Positions 1 through 8,714 of a stretch of 64,000 nucleotides of DNA are shown here, in pieces (positions within the stretch are counted from its first letter, which is position 1; each line of letters begins with the position of its first letter). This DNA comes from Candidatus Hadarchaeota archaeon (lineage in GTDB: Archaea > Hadarchaeota > Hadarchaeia > Hadarchaeales > Hadarchaeaceae). Made by a program: the position numbers and the translations under genes. The stretch covers positions 40,246 to 104,245 of the forward strand of contig CAZESD010000001.1 of the NCBI GenBank assembly GCA_964514945.1, in the 5' to 3' direction. The notes under the pieces are model-generated. The model was given only the letters and a program-made list of their open reading frames with translations, was not told the origin of the DNA and did not search any database.

Positions 1-273
1 CAAGTATTTTTTGCCTTCTTCGAGCAACTTCTCGCCTTTCTTTGTTATTCTGTAGTATTTGCGTGCGGGCTTTCCTCGCTGTTCGCGCCACTCCTTCGCC
101 ACATAGCCCTTGCGCTGGAGGCGGTAGAGCACGACGTACGAGGTAACGGTAGGTGGTTTCCACCCGAATCGCTTCTGCGTCTCCTGTCGCAGCTCGTACC
201 CGTACATCGGGCGCTCTTTCAGCAACTTCAGGAAGTAGGGCCAGACCAGTTCAGCGGTCGTCTTCTTTTTCAT
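1..273 (-). CDS. PadR-family winged-helix transcriptional regulator (first 91 codons; C-terminus lies beyond the window start)
   Basis: Not in the ORF track because there is no stop in the window. Reverse-strand ATG at 271-273. Translation MKKKTTAELVWPYFLKLLKERPMYGYELRQETQKRFGWKPPTVTSYVVLYRLQRKGYVAKEWREQRGKPARKYYRITKKGEKLL carries the PadR pattern (MYGYEL ... Y..L.RL...G.V ... RKYY.IT..G). Confidence 0.75.
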   Translation of the reverse strand, partial: MKKKTTAELVWPYFLKLLKERPMYGYELRQETQKRFGWKPPTVTSYVVLYRLQRKGYVAKEWREQRGKPARKYYRITKKGEKLLEEGKKYL

Positions 274-359
274 TCTCGCTATAGCCACAGGAAAACCCAC
301 TTTGTTTCAGCCGGAAAGCTTAAATAGTAAATTCCCCGAGATATTTCCTAGGTTGAAAT

Positions 360-740
360 ATGGTTGTAACAACAATACGATGTCAAAGTTGTGGCTACGA
401 GTGGAAACCTAGAGGGAAAAGCAAGAGATGCCCCTCCTGTCTTCGCATGTTGGGAGAAACTAAGGCCCGCAAGTGGGAGCGGTCGGCGGCAAAATTGGCG
501 GAACTGCTTGCTTTTCGCGGTTGGAGAGTGGAGCCCGTTAACGTGAAGAAGGCGGTTGATATACAAGCTGGAAGGGACGGGAAAAAACTCTTCATAGACG
601 TTAAGACAGGTCACAATTATCTTATCCGGAGTTCGCAGCTGAAAAACTTGCTTGACTATCGGAGCAAGACAAACGATGTGGGTTTCGCATGCGAGATGGA
701 CGGAAAGTTTTATCTTCTCATGCTAAAGGAAGTTCTCTAA
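360..740 (+). CDS. Zinc-ribbon fused to an Hjc-like PD-(D/E)xK nuclease (Holliday-junction-resolvase fold)
   Basis: 126 aa. N-terminal CxxC-x13-CxxC ('[20 protein letters not shown]'). The core parallels archaeal Hjc: '[17 protein letters not shown]', 'VDIQAG', 'LFIDVKTG' (E...D...DxK catalytic pattern). Confidence 0.6.
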   Translation: MVVTTIRCQSCGYEWKPRGKSKRCPSCLRMLGETKARKWERSAAKLAELLAFRGWRVEPVNVKKAVDIQAGRDGKKLFIDVKTGHNYLIRSSQLKNLLDYRSKTNDVGFACEMDGKFYLLMLKEVL

Positions 741-769
741 ATCGTCGGGTGACCAAACAACGAGGTGAT

Positions 770-1846
770 ATGATGTCTAAAATAAAAGTGGCAATCGTGG
801 GTGTGGGCAACTGCGCATCGTCATTGGTGCAAGGTGTTGAGTACTACAAGAATGCGCGCGAGGATCAGTTCGTCCCAGGTTTGATGCACGTGAACTTCGG
901 TGGCTACCACATTCGGGACATCGAGTTCGTCGCGGCCTTTGACGTCGACGCAAACAAGGTGGGGAAGGACTTGGCAGAGGCTATCTTTTCACCCCCCAAC
1001 TGCACAATCAAGTTCAGCGACGTCCCGAAGCTGGGGGTTGAGGTCACAAAAGGACCGGTGCTAGATGGCCTCGGCAGATATCTGAAGCCTGTGGTTCCAG
1101 TAGATTCAACACAGAAGCCCGTCGAGGTCGCAAAAGTACTGGAGGACGCAGGCGCTGATGTTCTAATCAGCTACCTGCCAGTGGGGAGTTACGAGGCTTC
1201 GCGTTATTACGCTCAACAAGCGATTGAGACAGGGGTCGGATACATAAATTGCATTCCCGAGTTTCTAGTATCGAGTAAAGAGTGGGGCAAACGGTTCGAA
1301 GACGCTAAGCTGCCTTGCGCAGGCGACGACATCAAGTCTCAAGTTGGAGCGACAATTTTGCACCGTATGCTCGCTAGACTGCTAATCGACCGCGGGGTTA
1401 AGCTGGAGGAGAGTTACCAGCTGAACATCGGCGGAAATTGCGATTTTTTGAACATGCTTGAGGAGGAGCGCCTTAGCTCTAAGCGCGTGAGCAAGACAGA
1501 GGCCGTTTCGAGTCAAGTGCCCTACGAAGTGCCACTTAGGATCGGCCCCAGCGATTACGTTCCATTCCTCAAGGACAACAAAGTGTGCTACATTCACATG
1601 CGGGGACGAAAGTTCGGGGATGTGCCGCTCGCCATAGACGTGAAGCTCTCCGTCGAGGACTCCCCGAACAGCGCCGGTGTGGTTATTGATGCCATTCGTG
1701 CGGTGAAGCTTGCGCTTGATCGTGGCATCGGCGGGCCACTTATCGGTGCTTCAGCTTACTTTTTTAAACATCCGCCAGTGCAAATGGCAGATACTGAAGC
1801 GAAAAAAGCGGTTGAAGATTTCATCGCTGGCAAAAGGGAGAGATGA
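770..1846 (+). CDS. ino1: myo-inositol-1-phosphate synthase (short archaeal/bacterial type)
   Basis: ORF 689..1846 trimmed to ATG 770, with GGTGA just upstream; the longer form overlaps the previous gene. NAD-binding N-terminus '[21 protein letters not shown]' and full-length collinearity with the MIPS family. Confidence 0.9.
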   Translation: MMSKIKVAIVGVGNCASSLVQGVEYYKNAREDQFVPGLMHVNFGGYHIRDIEFVAAFDVDANKVGKDLAEAIFSPPNCTIKFSDVPKLGVEVTKGPVLDGLGRYLKPVVPVDSTQKPVEVAKVLEDAGADVLISYLPVGSYEASRYYAQQAIETGVGYINCIPEFLVSSKEWGKRFEDAKLPCAGDDIKSQVGATILHRMLARLLIDRGVKLEESYQLNIGGNCDFLNMLEEERLSSKRVSKTEAVSSQVPYEVPLRIGPSDYVPFLKDNKVCYIHMRGRKFGDVPLAIDVKLSVEDSPNSAGVVIDAIRAVKLALDRGIGGPLIGASAYFFKHPPVQMADTEAKKAVEDFIAGKRER

Positions 1847-2754
1847 TGAGAAATCTTGAATTTGATGTCGTCGTGGTTGGGCACGTTGCAATCGATGTCA
1901 ACGTGCTGCCATGGGGGGTCATAGAGAATGCACTCGGTGGTGCCCCGACTTATGCTGGGCTAGCGTTCGTTGCACTGAAAAAAAATGTTGGAGTCGTTTC
2001 AAAGGTTGGAGTTGATTTTTTGGAAAAGTTTCCACCAATATATCGCAAGTTTGGTCTCGATACCGAAGGCATTTTAGTTGGTGGAGAACACACGACCACA
2101 TTTGAAAACACTTACGATGAAGCAGGCAATCGTACACAAGTTTGCAAGCATATTGCACTGAAGATATCACCAGATGATATTCCCACAGCGTATGAGAACG
2201 CTCACAGTTTTTACATTTCACCAATAGCTGGCGAGATAACTCCCGAATTACTCAAGGCGCTCAAACGCGAAACGAATTTAGTCATGCTCGATCCCCAAGG
2301 GATTTTCAGGCGGATAAGCGGCGATGGAAAAGTGGAGATTGAACCTCGAGATGACCTAACAGACTTTTTGAAGCACGTTGATGTGATAAAAATAGGAAAA
2401 GAAGAAGCCAAAGCGTTGCAAGGCGAGGTGAAAGAAATTTTGGAAGAGCTGCGAAATATGGGGCCGAAAATCGCCATCCTGACAAAAGCTGAAAAGGGCT
2501 ATGCTGTGCTTTCGGATGAAGGGTTCGAGGAGGTCGACGCCATAAAAGTCGATGCGAAAGACCTAACAGGCGCGGGTGATGTTTTTGGGGCTGCTTTTTT
2601 GTCGAAGTATTTGCAGACGCACGGGGTTTCAGAGTCGGCAAAATTTGCGAACGCGGCCGCTGGTCTAAAAATAAGGTACAAGGGGCCTACGGGTTTCCCC
2701 CCCGAGAAAGAGGTTCTAGAAGCCTTTAGTAGGTTCGGGCAATCAGCACATTAG
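1843..2754 (+). CDS. PfkB/ribokinase-family carbohydrate kinase (substrate unknown; inositol kinase is one possibility)
   Basis: 303 aa. C-terminal PfkB signature '[13 protein letters not shown]'. ATGA start/stop overlap with the MIPS gene at 1843-1846. Confidence 0.8.
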   Translation: MMRNLEFDVVVVGHVAIDVNVLPWGVIENALGGAPTYAGLAFVALKKNVGVVSKVGVDFLEKFPPIYRKFGLDTEGILVGGEHTTTFENTYDEAGNRTQVCKHIALKISPDDIPTAYENAHSFYISPIAGEITPELLKALKRETNLVMLDPQGIFRRISGDGKVEIEPRDDLTDFLKHVDVIKIGKEEAKALQGEVKEILEELRNMGPKIAILTKAEKGYAVLSDEGFEEVDAIKVDAKDLTGAGDVFGAAFLSKYLQTHGVSESAKFANAAAGLKIRYKGPTGFPPEKEVLEAFSRFGQSAH

Positions 2755-4156
2755 CTTTCGCCCGTTTTGAGCAAATTGGGCAAACTCCAGTCGGGGCCTT
2801 ACCACCGAATTCCTCTCCAAGCAAGTCCCCATCCGTTTTTTCCTCGAGTGCCTTTCCGCATGCCTCTTCCCCGCACCAGGGCACGCGAGCTATCCCTCCG
2901 CGTTTTTCCATCATCCGCTTTACCGTCCCCATGTCGGAAGCGCTCTTCACAGACTCGTGAAAGAGCCTCCACGCTCGATCGTGTATATCACTGGTAATTC
3001 CCTCGAGCAGTTGCTTGACTTTGGTCTCGAGCACCTCCCTAGCTATTGCCTGCTTTTCACCCGTGTCGCGCCTGACCGCAGTCACCTGATTCTTCTTCAC
3101 ATCTTCGGGCCCTATCTCAAGCCTCAGCGGCACCCCGCGGCGTTCCCAATAGTAAAATTTGTTACCGGGACGGAGGTCGCGCTCGTCGAGGTGAACCCTC
3201 AAACCGGCCGCCGTGAGTTCATTCTTGATTTTGGTCACAATCTTCTCAATTGGCGCTTTCTCAGCCTTGTAGAGGATTGGCACGATCACGACCTGAATTG
3301 GTGCAATATTAGGGGGCAAGCACAGGCCAATGTCATCTCCGTGGGCCATTACCACTGCAGCTATCACCCGCTCCGAAATGCCATAGCACGTTTGATAGAC
3401 GTGATGGTGCTTCCCGCTGGGGGTTTCGTATTTAAGATCATACACCTTCGCGAAGTTCTGCCCGAGGTTGTGGACCGTACCCACCTGCAGCGTCCGCCCA
3501 TCTGGGGCTAACGTGTCGAATGCGAGTGAATACTCTGCGCCGGCGAAGGTGTCCCACGGGGGGCGCTTGGTCACGACATACGGCACGCCAAGTTCATCAA
3601 AGAAGCGCTTGTAAATTTGCACCGCTTCCTGCACCTGTGCTTCTGCCTCCTCGCGCTTGACGTGGGCGGTGTGGGCCTCCTTGAAAGTCGTCACCTCCCG
3701 CAAGCGAATCATCGGTTTGGTCATTTTCGTCTCATAGCGGAAGATGTTGACGATCTGGTAGATTTTGATCGGGAGGTCGGCGTGGGAACGAATCCAGAGC
3801 GCGAACATGGGATAAATGGAGGTTTCGCTCGTCGGACGAAGCGCGAGTTTGACATCGAGCTTGTCTCGCCCACCGTGCGTCACCCAATAGACCTCGTTTT
3901 CGAATCCTCGGATGTGTTCAGCCTCTTTTTTGAAGAGGTTTTCGGGGATTAAAAGTGGAAAAAGCACTTCTCGGTGCCCAGCTTGCTCCAACAAACTACG
4001 AATTATCGCGAGCACTTTGTTGCGCAACTGCAGCCCGTGGGGGAGCCAAACGTAGAGTCCTTTGACAGGGTATCGGGTTTCCATGATATCGGCGCTGCGC
4101 AAAATGCCGCTGAACCACTCGCTAAATTTCTTTTGCCAAAGCTCTCGTTTTGCCAT
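2726..4156 (-). CDS. proS: Prolyl-tRNA synthetase, archaeal/eukaryal type
   Basis: 476 aa. Class II motifs ('RPTSETSIYPMF', 'FRYETK', 'GTVHNLGQNF') and a C-terminal Zn-binding domain ('WCGEEACG ... CPICSK'). Confidence 0.93.
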   Translation of the reverse strand: MAKRELWQKKFSEWFSGILRSADIMETRYPVKGLYVWLPHGLQLRNKVLAIIRSLLEQAGHREVLFPLLIPENLFKKEAEHIRGFENEVYWVTHGGRDKLDVKLALRPTSETSIYPMFALWIRSHADLPIKIYQIVNIFRYETKMTKPMIRLREVTTFKEAHTAHVKREEAEAQVQEAVQIYKRFFDELGVPYVVTKRPPWDTFAGAEYSLAFDTLAPDGRTLQVGTVHNLGQNFAKVYDLKYETPSGKHHHVYQTCYGISERVIAAVVMAHGDDIGLCLPPNIAPIQVVIVPILYKAEKAPIEKIVTKIKNELTAAGLRVHLDERDLRPGNKFYYWERRGVPLRLEIGPEDVKKNQVTAVRRDTGEKQAIAREVLETKVKQLLEGITSDIHDRAWRLFHESVKSASDMGTVKRMMEKRGGIARVPWCGEEACGKALEEKTDGDLLGEEFGGKAPTGVCPICSKRAKANVLIARTY

Positions 4157-4350
4157 TCTACCACCTTGGGATAATCACCAATCGCAATTTAAGTAATTAT
4201 CCGAAGCGCTACTAAAAAAGCAACTTTTTGTGTTGGCGATGGTTAGTGTGGGCTGATCCTCCGAAGCGTTAGCCAACGCCTGTTCGAGCTAGCTGGCCTC
4301 CGTCGTCGTTATAACTATTTTCTCGTCCCTGCGCAAAAAAATATCCCATA

Positions 4351-5418
4351 TCATGCCGTGAGCGGCTTTCGACCCTCTTTTGTTACTAAGAACATATCCT
4401 CCCAACGCGATCCGCCGACATTTGGGATATAGATGCCCGGTTCGACTGTGATGACCATTCCTTCGCGCAAGATGTCTTTTGAGTCTGGAGCAAGGCCCGG
4501 GGGCTCGTGAACCTCCATTCCGACGCCATGCCCCGTACCGTGCGGGGAGAACTTGGCGTAGCCGGCACACGAGATGATTCCGCGAGCGGCTTTATCCACG
4601 TCACTGGTTTTAGCACCGCTGCGAACACTATTAATCGCTGCATTTTGAGCTTGTCTGACTAACTTGATTAATGTAAGCTGTTTTTTTGTCGGCGAAAGCG
4701 CAAAAGTTCGTGTCATGTCTGAGGCGTAACCCTTGTAAACGGCGCCTAGATCGACGACGACAAGCTCCCCTCGTCGCAAGCGCTTTCGCGTCGCGCTGGC
4801 GTGGGGCAACCAAGAATTTCTGCCGGAAGCGAAAATCGTTGGAAATGATGTTCCCTCAGATCCGGCCACCCGCATCTCGCGCTCGGCCTCCGCAGCAACC
4901 TCTAACTCGGTTCGGCTGACCGCAATCGACTCCGCGGCGCAACGCATGCCTTTTGTGGCTATCTTCGCGGATCTCCGCAGTAAGGATACTTCCTCTCTCG
5001 ATTTTATCTTACGAAGTTCGAGCATAAGTTCGGGTAGTTCGCGATAACTTGCCATGTAAGCAGCTCGCAACTTTCGTATGAACTCCTTCCTCGAGTGATC
5101 GTAGCCCACTGCTCGAGCGCCTAGCTCTTGCATGCAATTGGCGACGAGTTGCCAGGGTTTACAAAAACTTACCCGCTCTCCACGGCGCAGAGGAGCTTTC
5201 CAGCCAGAGAAAGCTCGAACGTCGCGAATCCAGCCCTCTCTCTTGGCTTGGTCGAACTCGAGCCTGCTGCATATGAGCAAGGGGGACCCATCGGTGGGGA
5301 CGATTACCGCCTTTGCCGCCGTCGTGCCCGCCAAGTAACGAGTGCTTTGGACTACTAAAAACGCGTCCAGCCCACGTTTAATGAGTTCATCCTTCAATTT
5401 TTCAACACGCTTTTTCAA
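4351..5418 (-). CDS. M24-family Xaa-Pro aminopeptidase/dipeptidase
   Basis: 355 aa, TTG start. Metal-ligand motifs 'VVVDLGAVYKGYASDMTRT', 'HGTGHGVGMEVHEPP', 'GMVITVEPGIY', 'RWEDMFLVT'. Confidence 0.85.
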   Translation of the reverse strand: MKKRVEKLKDELIKRGLDAFLVVQSTRYLAGTTAAKAVIVPTDGSPLLICSRLEFDQAKREGWIRDVRAFSGWKAPLRRGERVSFCKPWQLVANCMQELGARAVGYDHSRKEFIRKLRAAYMASYRELPELMLELRKIKSREEVSLLRRSAKIATKGMRCAAESIAVSRTELEVAAEAEREMRVAGSEGTSFPTIFASGRNSWLPHASATRKRLRRGELVVVDLGAVYKGYASDMTRTFALSPTKKQLTLIKLVRQAQNAAINSVRSGAKTSDVDKAARGIISCAGYAKFSPHGTGHGVGMEVHEPPGLAPDSKDILREGMVITVEPGIYIPNVGGSRWEDMFLVTKEGRKPLTA

Positions 5419-5465
5419 ATACCAACCCGCTCAAGCTTTAGGAGGCTAGGTAAAAATGTTCTCCG

Positions 5466-5996
5466 ATGGCCGCTCGCAAACTCGAGTTGAAACGGCGTTA
5501 CGGCGAAACAGCGTTCATGTACGAACGACGTTACGAGCAAATCCAACGCGAGAAGTACGAAATCGTCACCAAGAATCTCCCCCGGGTTAGTAAAGTTCTT
5601 GACTTGGGTTGCGGCACGGGGATGCTCTTAAGCGAACTCGCGCGGCGAAGTGAGTTCGTGGTTGGCATAGATTCATCTCCGGAGATGCTGGAGCTGGCGA
5701 GAAAAAGGAAAGATGGCGCGACGCTCGTGCTCGCGGATGCCGATTACTTGCCATTCGCCAATAGCAGCTTTGATGCGGTAGTCTCGGTAACTCTGCTTCA
5801 AAACATGCCGGATCCAGCTGCTACGGTGAGAGAAGTCGCACGAGTGGTAAAGCCCGGGGGGATTGTAATCATTACTACTCTCAAGCACAAACACTCGCTG
5901 GGCGAGCTTGAGTGCTGGGTTCGGGCCGCTGGTTTCAAGCTGCTCAATTCAGGTGAAGTTGGTGGGGAAGATGTCTTCTGTATCGCAAGACGATAG
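5466..5996 (+). CDS. Class I SAM-dependent methyltransferase
   Basis: 176 aa. Motif I 'VLDLGCGTGML', post-I 'GIDSSPEM', 'LVLADADYLPF'. Confidence 0.8.
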   Translation: MAARKLELKRRYGETAFMYERRYEQIQREKYEIVTKNLPRVSKVLDLGCGTGMLLSELARRSEFVVGIDSSPEMLELARKRKDGATLVLADADYLPFANSSFDAVVSVTLLQNMPDPAATVREVARVVKPGGIVIITTLKHKHSLGELECWVRAAGFKLLNSGEVGGEDVFCIARR

Positions 5997-6156
5997 CTGA
6001 AGTCAACGTGCCTTTAAGTTTAAAATTTTATCTACTTTTATGAAACTTGGTAGCGCTTCTTCCTCTACCCGCTTCCATTGCGAAATCGAATCTGTGCTCA
6101 AGGGGTTCATAACCCAAGTTTTTATGCTTTTGACATAAACTTTATCGAGGGAGCGG

Positions 6157-6699
6157 TTGAAGCTAGCAATCATCGTAATCGACATGCTCAACGATTTTGT
6201 CGGTGGAAAGTTGGGATTCGAGCGAGCAAAGGCGATAGTCCCTAACATCAGACGTTTGCTTGATTTTGCACATGAACGAGGAATTCCAGTGATTTACGTC
6301 TGCGACGCCCACTCACCCGAGGATCCCGAACTCAAACTATGGGGGGAGCACGCGATGGCTGGGAGCGAGGGGGCACAGGTGGTGCCCGAGCTCAAGCCCA
6401 CGAAAAATGACAGTATTATAGAGAAGAGCACTTACGATATCTTCTTTAATACTGACATGGATGAGATGCTTCGCGGGATAGGTGTGAAGAGGCTCGTGCT
6501 AACTGGCGTGGTGACGGAAATCTGCGTACAAAACTCCGCCGCCGGGGCATTCCTCCGGGGTTATGAGATAGCGGTGCCAGAGGATTGCGTGGCCTCGCCA
6601 GACGAGAGTGTCAACCGCACCTCGCTCGAGTACATGAAGCGCGTTTACGGAGTGAATGTAACCAATTCGAATGAACTCATTAAAAGCGTGGGGGGATGA
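6157..6699 (+). CDS. pncA: Isochorismatase-family cysteine hydrolase, probably nicotinamidase
   Basis: 180 aa, TTG start. 'AIIVIDMLNDF' (Asp) and 'LVLTGVVTEICV' (nucleophile Cys). It lies directly upstream of a nicotinate phosphoribosyltransferase. Confidence 0.72.
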   Translation: MKLAIIVIDMLNDFVGGKLGFERAKAIVPNIRRLLDFAHERGIPVIYVCDAHSPEDPELKLWGEHAMAGSEGAQVVPELKPTKNDSIIEKSTYDIFFNTDMDEMLRGIGVKRLVLTGVVTEICVQNSAAGAFLRGYEIAVPEDCVASPDESVNRTSLEYMKRVYGVNVTNSNELIKSVGG

Positions 6700-6700
6700 A

Positions 6701-7894
6701 GTGCGAGCTTTCCATGTGGCGTCGGATGAAGAAATCAAGCGAGGCAAAACGACTGATGTTTACTTCGCACGCACCAAGCAAATCCTCGATGTCAAAAAGT
6801 TAAGCAAGGCCAAAGTCGTTGCAGAGGTCACAGCGAACAACCTGCCGCGGGGGTGGCCGTGGAGCGTGCTCTGTGGGGTCGATGAAGTCGCCAAGCTCTT
6901 CGAAGGTCGCTCCGTCGATGTTTACGCAATGCCAGAGGGAAGCGTCTTCCGCCCGCAGGACTACCGTGGGATGCGAATGCCAGTGGTGGTGATCGAGGGC
7001 CCCTACGGGGAGTTCTGCGAGCTCGAGACACCCTTGCTGGGGTTGCTCTGTCAAGCTTCGGGGGTGGCGACGATGGCAGCTAGGCTAAGAAAAATCGTTG
7101 GCACCAAACTTCTCATGTCTTTTGGTATTCGGAGAGCGCACCCGGCAATCGCCCCCATGCTCGACCGCGCTGCCTACATTGGGGGGTTCGATGGGGTTTC
7201 GAGCTTGGTGGGAGCGAAGGCAATCGGGAAGGAACCGATGGGCACGATGCCCCACTCCTTGATAATAGCTTTCGGCGATCAGGTCAAGGCTTGGCGAGCA
7301 TTCGACGAGGTGATGCCCCCCAAAGTGCCCCGGATAACGCTCGCGGACACCTACTTTGATGAAAAAATTGAGTCACTCATGGCAGCTGAGGCACTCGGCA
7401 AGCGGTTGCACGGCGTTAGGCTCGATACCCCAAGCTCAAGGAAAGGTGATCTTGCGGAGATAGTCCGGGAGGTCCGGTGGGAGCTCGATACCAGAGGCTA
7501 CGGCCACGTCAAGATAATGGTCTCCGGTGGGATCGATGATGATAACATAAGGGGTCTGGCCGAGGCCGGAGCTGATGGTTTTGGTGTAGGGACTTCGCTA
7601 ACCAATGCACCGACAATCGATTTCGCGATGGACATTGTCGAGCTTGAGGGCAAACCAGTTGCAAAACGCGGCAAACTTGGAGGCTTAAAACGAGTGTGGA
7701 GGTGCCCCAAATGCTTGACGGATGTGCTCCTGCCCGCTCGTGAGTCGTCTCCTGAGTGCCCGAGCTGCGGAGGGAGAACAAAACAAGTTTTAATTCCCTT
7801 GATTAAAAAAGGAAAAATCGTTGGAAAGCTTCCTTCGGTCAATGAGATACGGAAGCGAGTTCTTGCGCAACTCGAAAAATTGGGACCGCTTTAG
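6701..7894 (+). CDS. pncB: Nicotinate phosphoribosyltransferase, archaeal type with C-terminal zinc knuckle
   Basis: ORF 6671..7894. Start moved to GTG 6701 (2 nt after the pncA stop) because 'VRAFHVASDEEIKRGKTTDVYF' matches archaeal NAPRTase N-termini. Motifs 'FGIRRAHP', 'GTMPHSLI', 'RLDTPSSRKG', 'MVSGGID'. Tail 'CPKC...CPSCGG'. Confidence 0.82.
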   Translation: MRAFHVASDEEIKRGKTTDVYFARTKQILDVKKLSKAKVVAEVTANNLPRGWPWSVLCGVDEVAKLFEGRSVDVYAMPEGSVFRPQDYRGMRMPVVVIEGPYGEFCELETPLLGLLCQASGVATMAARLRKIVGTKLLMSFGIRRAHPAIAPMLDRAAYIGGFDGVSSLVGAKAIGKEPMGTMPHSLIIAFGDQVKAWRAFDEVMPPKVPRITLADTYFDEKIESLMAAEALGKRLHGVRLDTPSSRKGDLAEIVREVRWELDTRGYGHVKIMVSGGIDDDNIRGLAEAGADGFGVGTSLTNAPTIDFAMDIVELEGKPVAKRGKLGGLKRVWRCPKCLTDVLLPARESSPECPSCGGRTKQVLIPLIKKGKIVGKLPSVNEIRKRVLAQLEKLGPL

Positions 7895-7904
7895 GGGGGC
7901 AACG

Positions 7905-8714
7905 ATGGACATTATAAAAGAAAGAAAGAACCTATCAGAAGCAAGACGAATCGTGGTTAAGATTGGCACGAGCAGTATCACCGACAAACGCTCCAGACTC
8001 GACCCCAGCAAGGTCGGGAAGCTCGTCGAGGAGACCATGAGACTGCGCGCGCGCGGAAAGGAGATCATCATCGTCTCGTCTGGCGCAATAGGGGCAGGTG
8101 TGGGGCGCATTAATTTAGAACGCCGGCCGAGAAAGATGTCCTCATTGCAGGCGGCTGCGGCAGTCGGGCAAGGGGTTCTAATGCAGGTCTACTCGAAATA
8201 TTTTGGAGAATACGAGCAACCAGTTGCACAAATGTTGTTGACAGGGGAGGATTTCACAAAACCCAAGCGTTACCAAAATTTCAAAAACACCCTCGCGACC
8301 TTGCTGAAATGGGGTGTGGTGCCTATCGTGAACGAGAACGACTGCGTAGAGGTCGAGGAAATAAGGCTTGGCGATAATGACACCCTCTCGGCGCACGTGA
8401 CGGTGGGATCCGGGGCCGATCTTCTCATAATACTTTCGGATGTAGGAGGACTTTACAGGGGCTACCCCAAGAAGAGAAAGCGGGGAGATCTCATCCGAAC
8501 CATCAAGCGGGTTACGCGAGAGGTCGAGCGGCTTGCGAGCAGGAATTTCCGTGGCTTTGGCGGCATGCGCACAAAGATTAGGGCTGCAAAAATGGTGACG
8601 AAAGCAGGAATACCTGTGGTGATAGCTAATGGTGAGGAGAAAAACGTGCTTGAGCGAGTGATGGCGGGTGAGGAAATAGGCACGCTCTTTCTGTCTGAGA
8701 GGAGGAAAAAATGA
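7905..8714 (+). CDS. proB: Glutamate 5-kinase (no PUA domain)
   Basis: ATG 7905 inside ORF 7821..8714. 'RIVVKIGTSSITD', 'IIVSSGAIGAG', 'GDNDTLSA'. Confidence 0.9.
   Translation: MDIIKERKNLSEARRIVVKIGTSSITDKRSRLDPSKVGKLVEETMRLRARGKEIIIVSSGAIGAGVGRINLERRPRKMSSLQAAAAVGQGVLMQVYSKYFGEYEQPVAQMLLTGEDFTKPKRYQNFKNTLATLLKWGVVPIVNENDCVEVEEIRLGDNDTLSAHVTVGSGADLLIILSDVGGLYRGYPKKRKRGDLIRTIKRVTREVERLASRNFRGFGGMRTKIRAAKMVTKAGIPVVIANGEEKNVLERVMAGEEIGTLFLSERRKK

Noticed and set aside
689-769. N-terminal extensions offered by the ORF track: 689 for MIPS, 16431 for Sm, 48811 for nagB, 57252 for NMD3, 7821 for proB, 10556 for coaBC, 24643 for DMT-2, 34209 for the binding protein.
   Set aside because: The extensions overlap neighbouring genes or lack family similarity. 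Internal ATG, GTG or TTG codons preceded by GGTGA/GGAGG and matching homolog N-termini were preferred.
4157-4350. Intergenic region between proS and the M24 peptidase with a repeated 'TCCGAAGCG' (about 4200 and 4260). I checked it as a possible small RNA or tRNA.
   Set aside because: I could find no cloverleaf, C/D or H/ACA box arrangement, or stable extended stem. A 9-nt repeat seen twice is insufficient.
7690-7894. The C-terminal CxxC...CxxC zinc ribbon on the nicotinate phosphoribosyltransferase looked like an unusual fusion.
   Set aside because: From memory, archaeal NAPRTases (e.g. the Thermoplasma enzyme) carry the same C-terminal zinc-knuckle domain, so it is a family feature and not a novelty.
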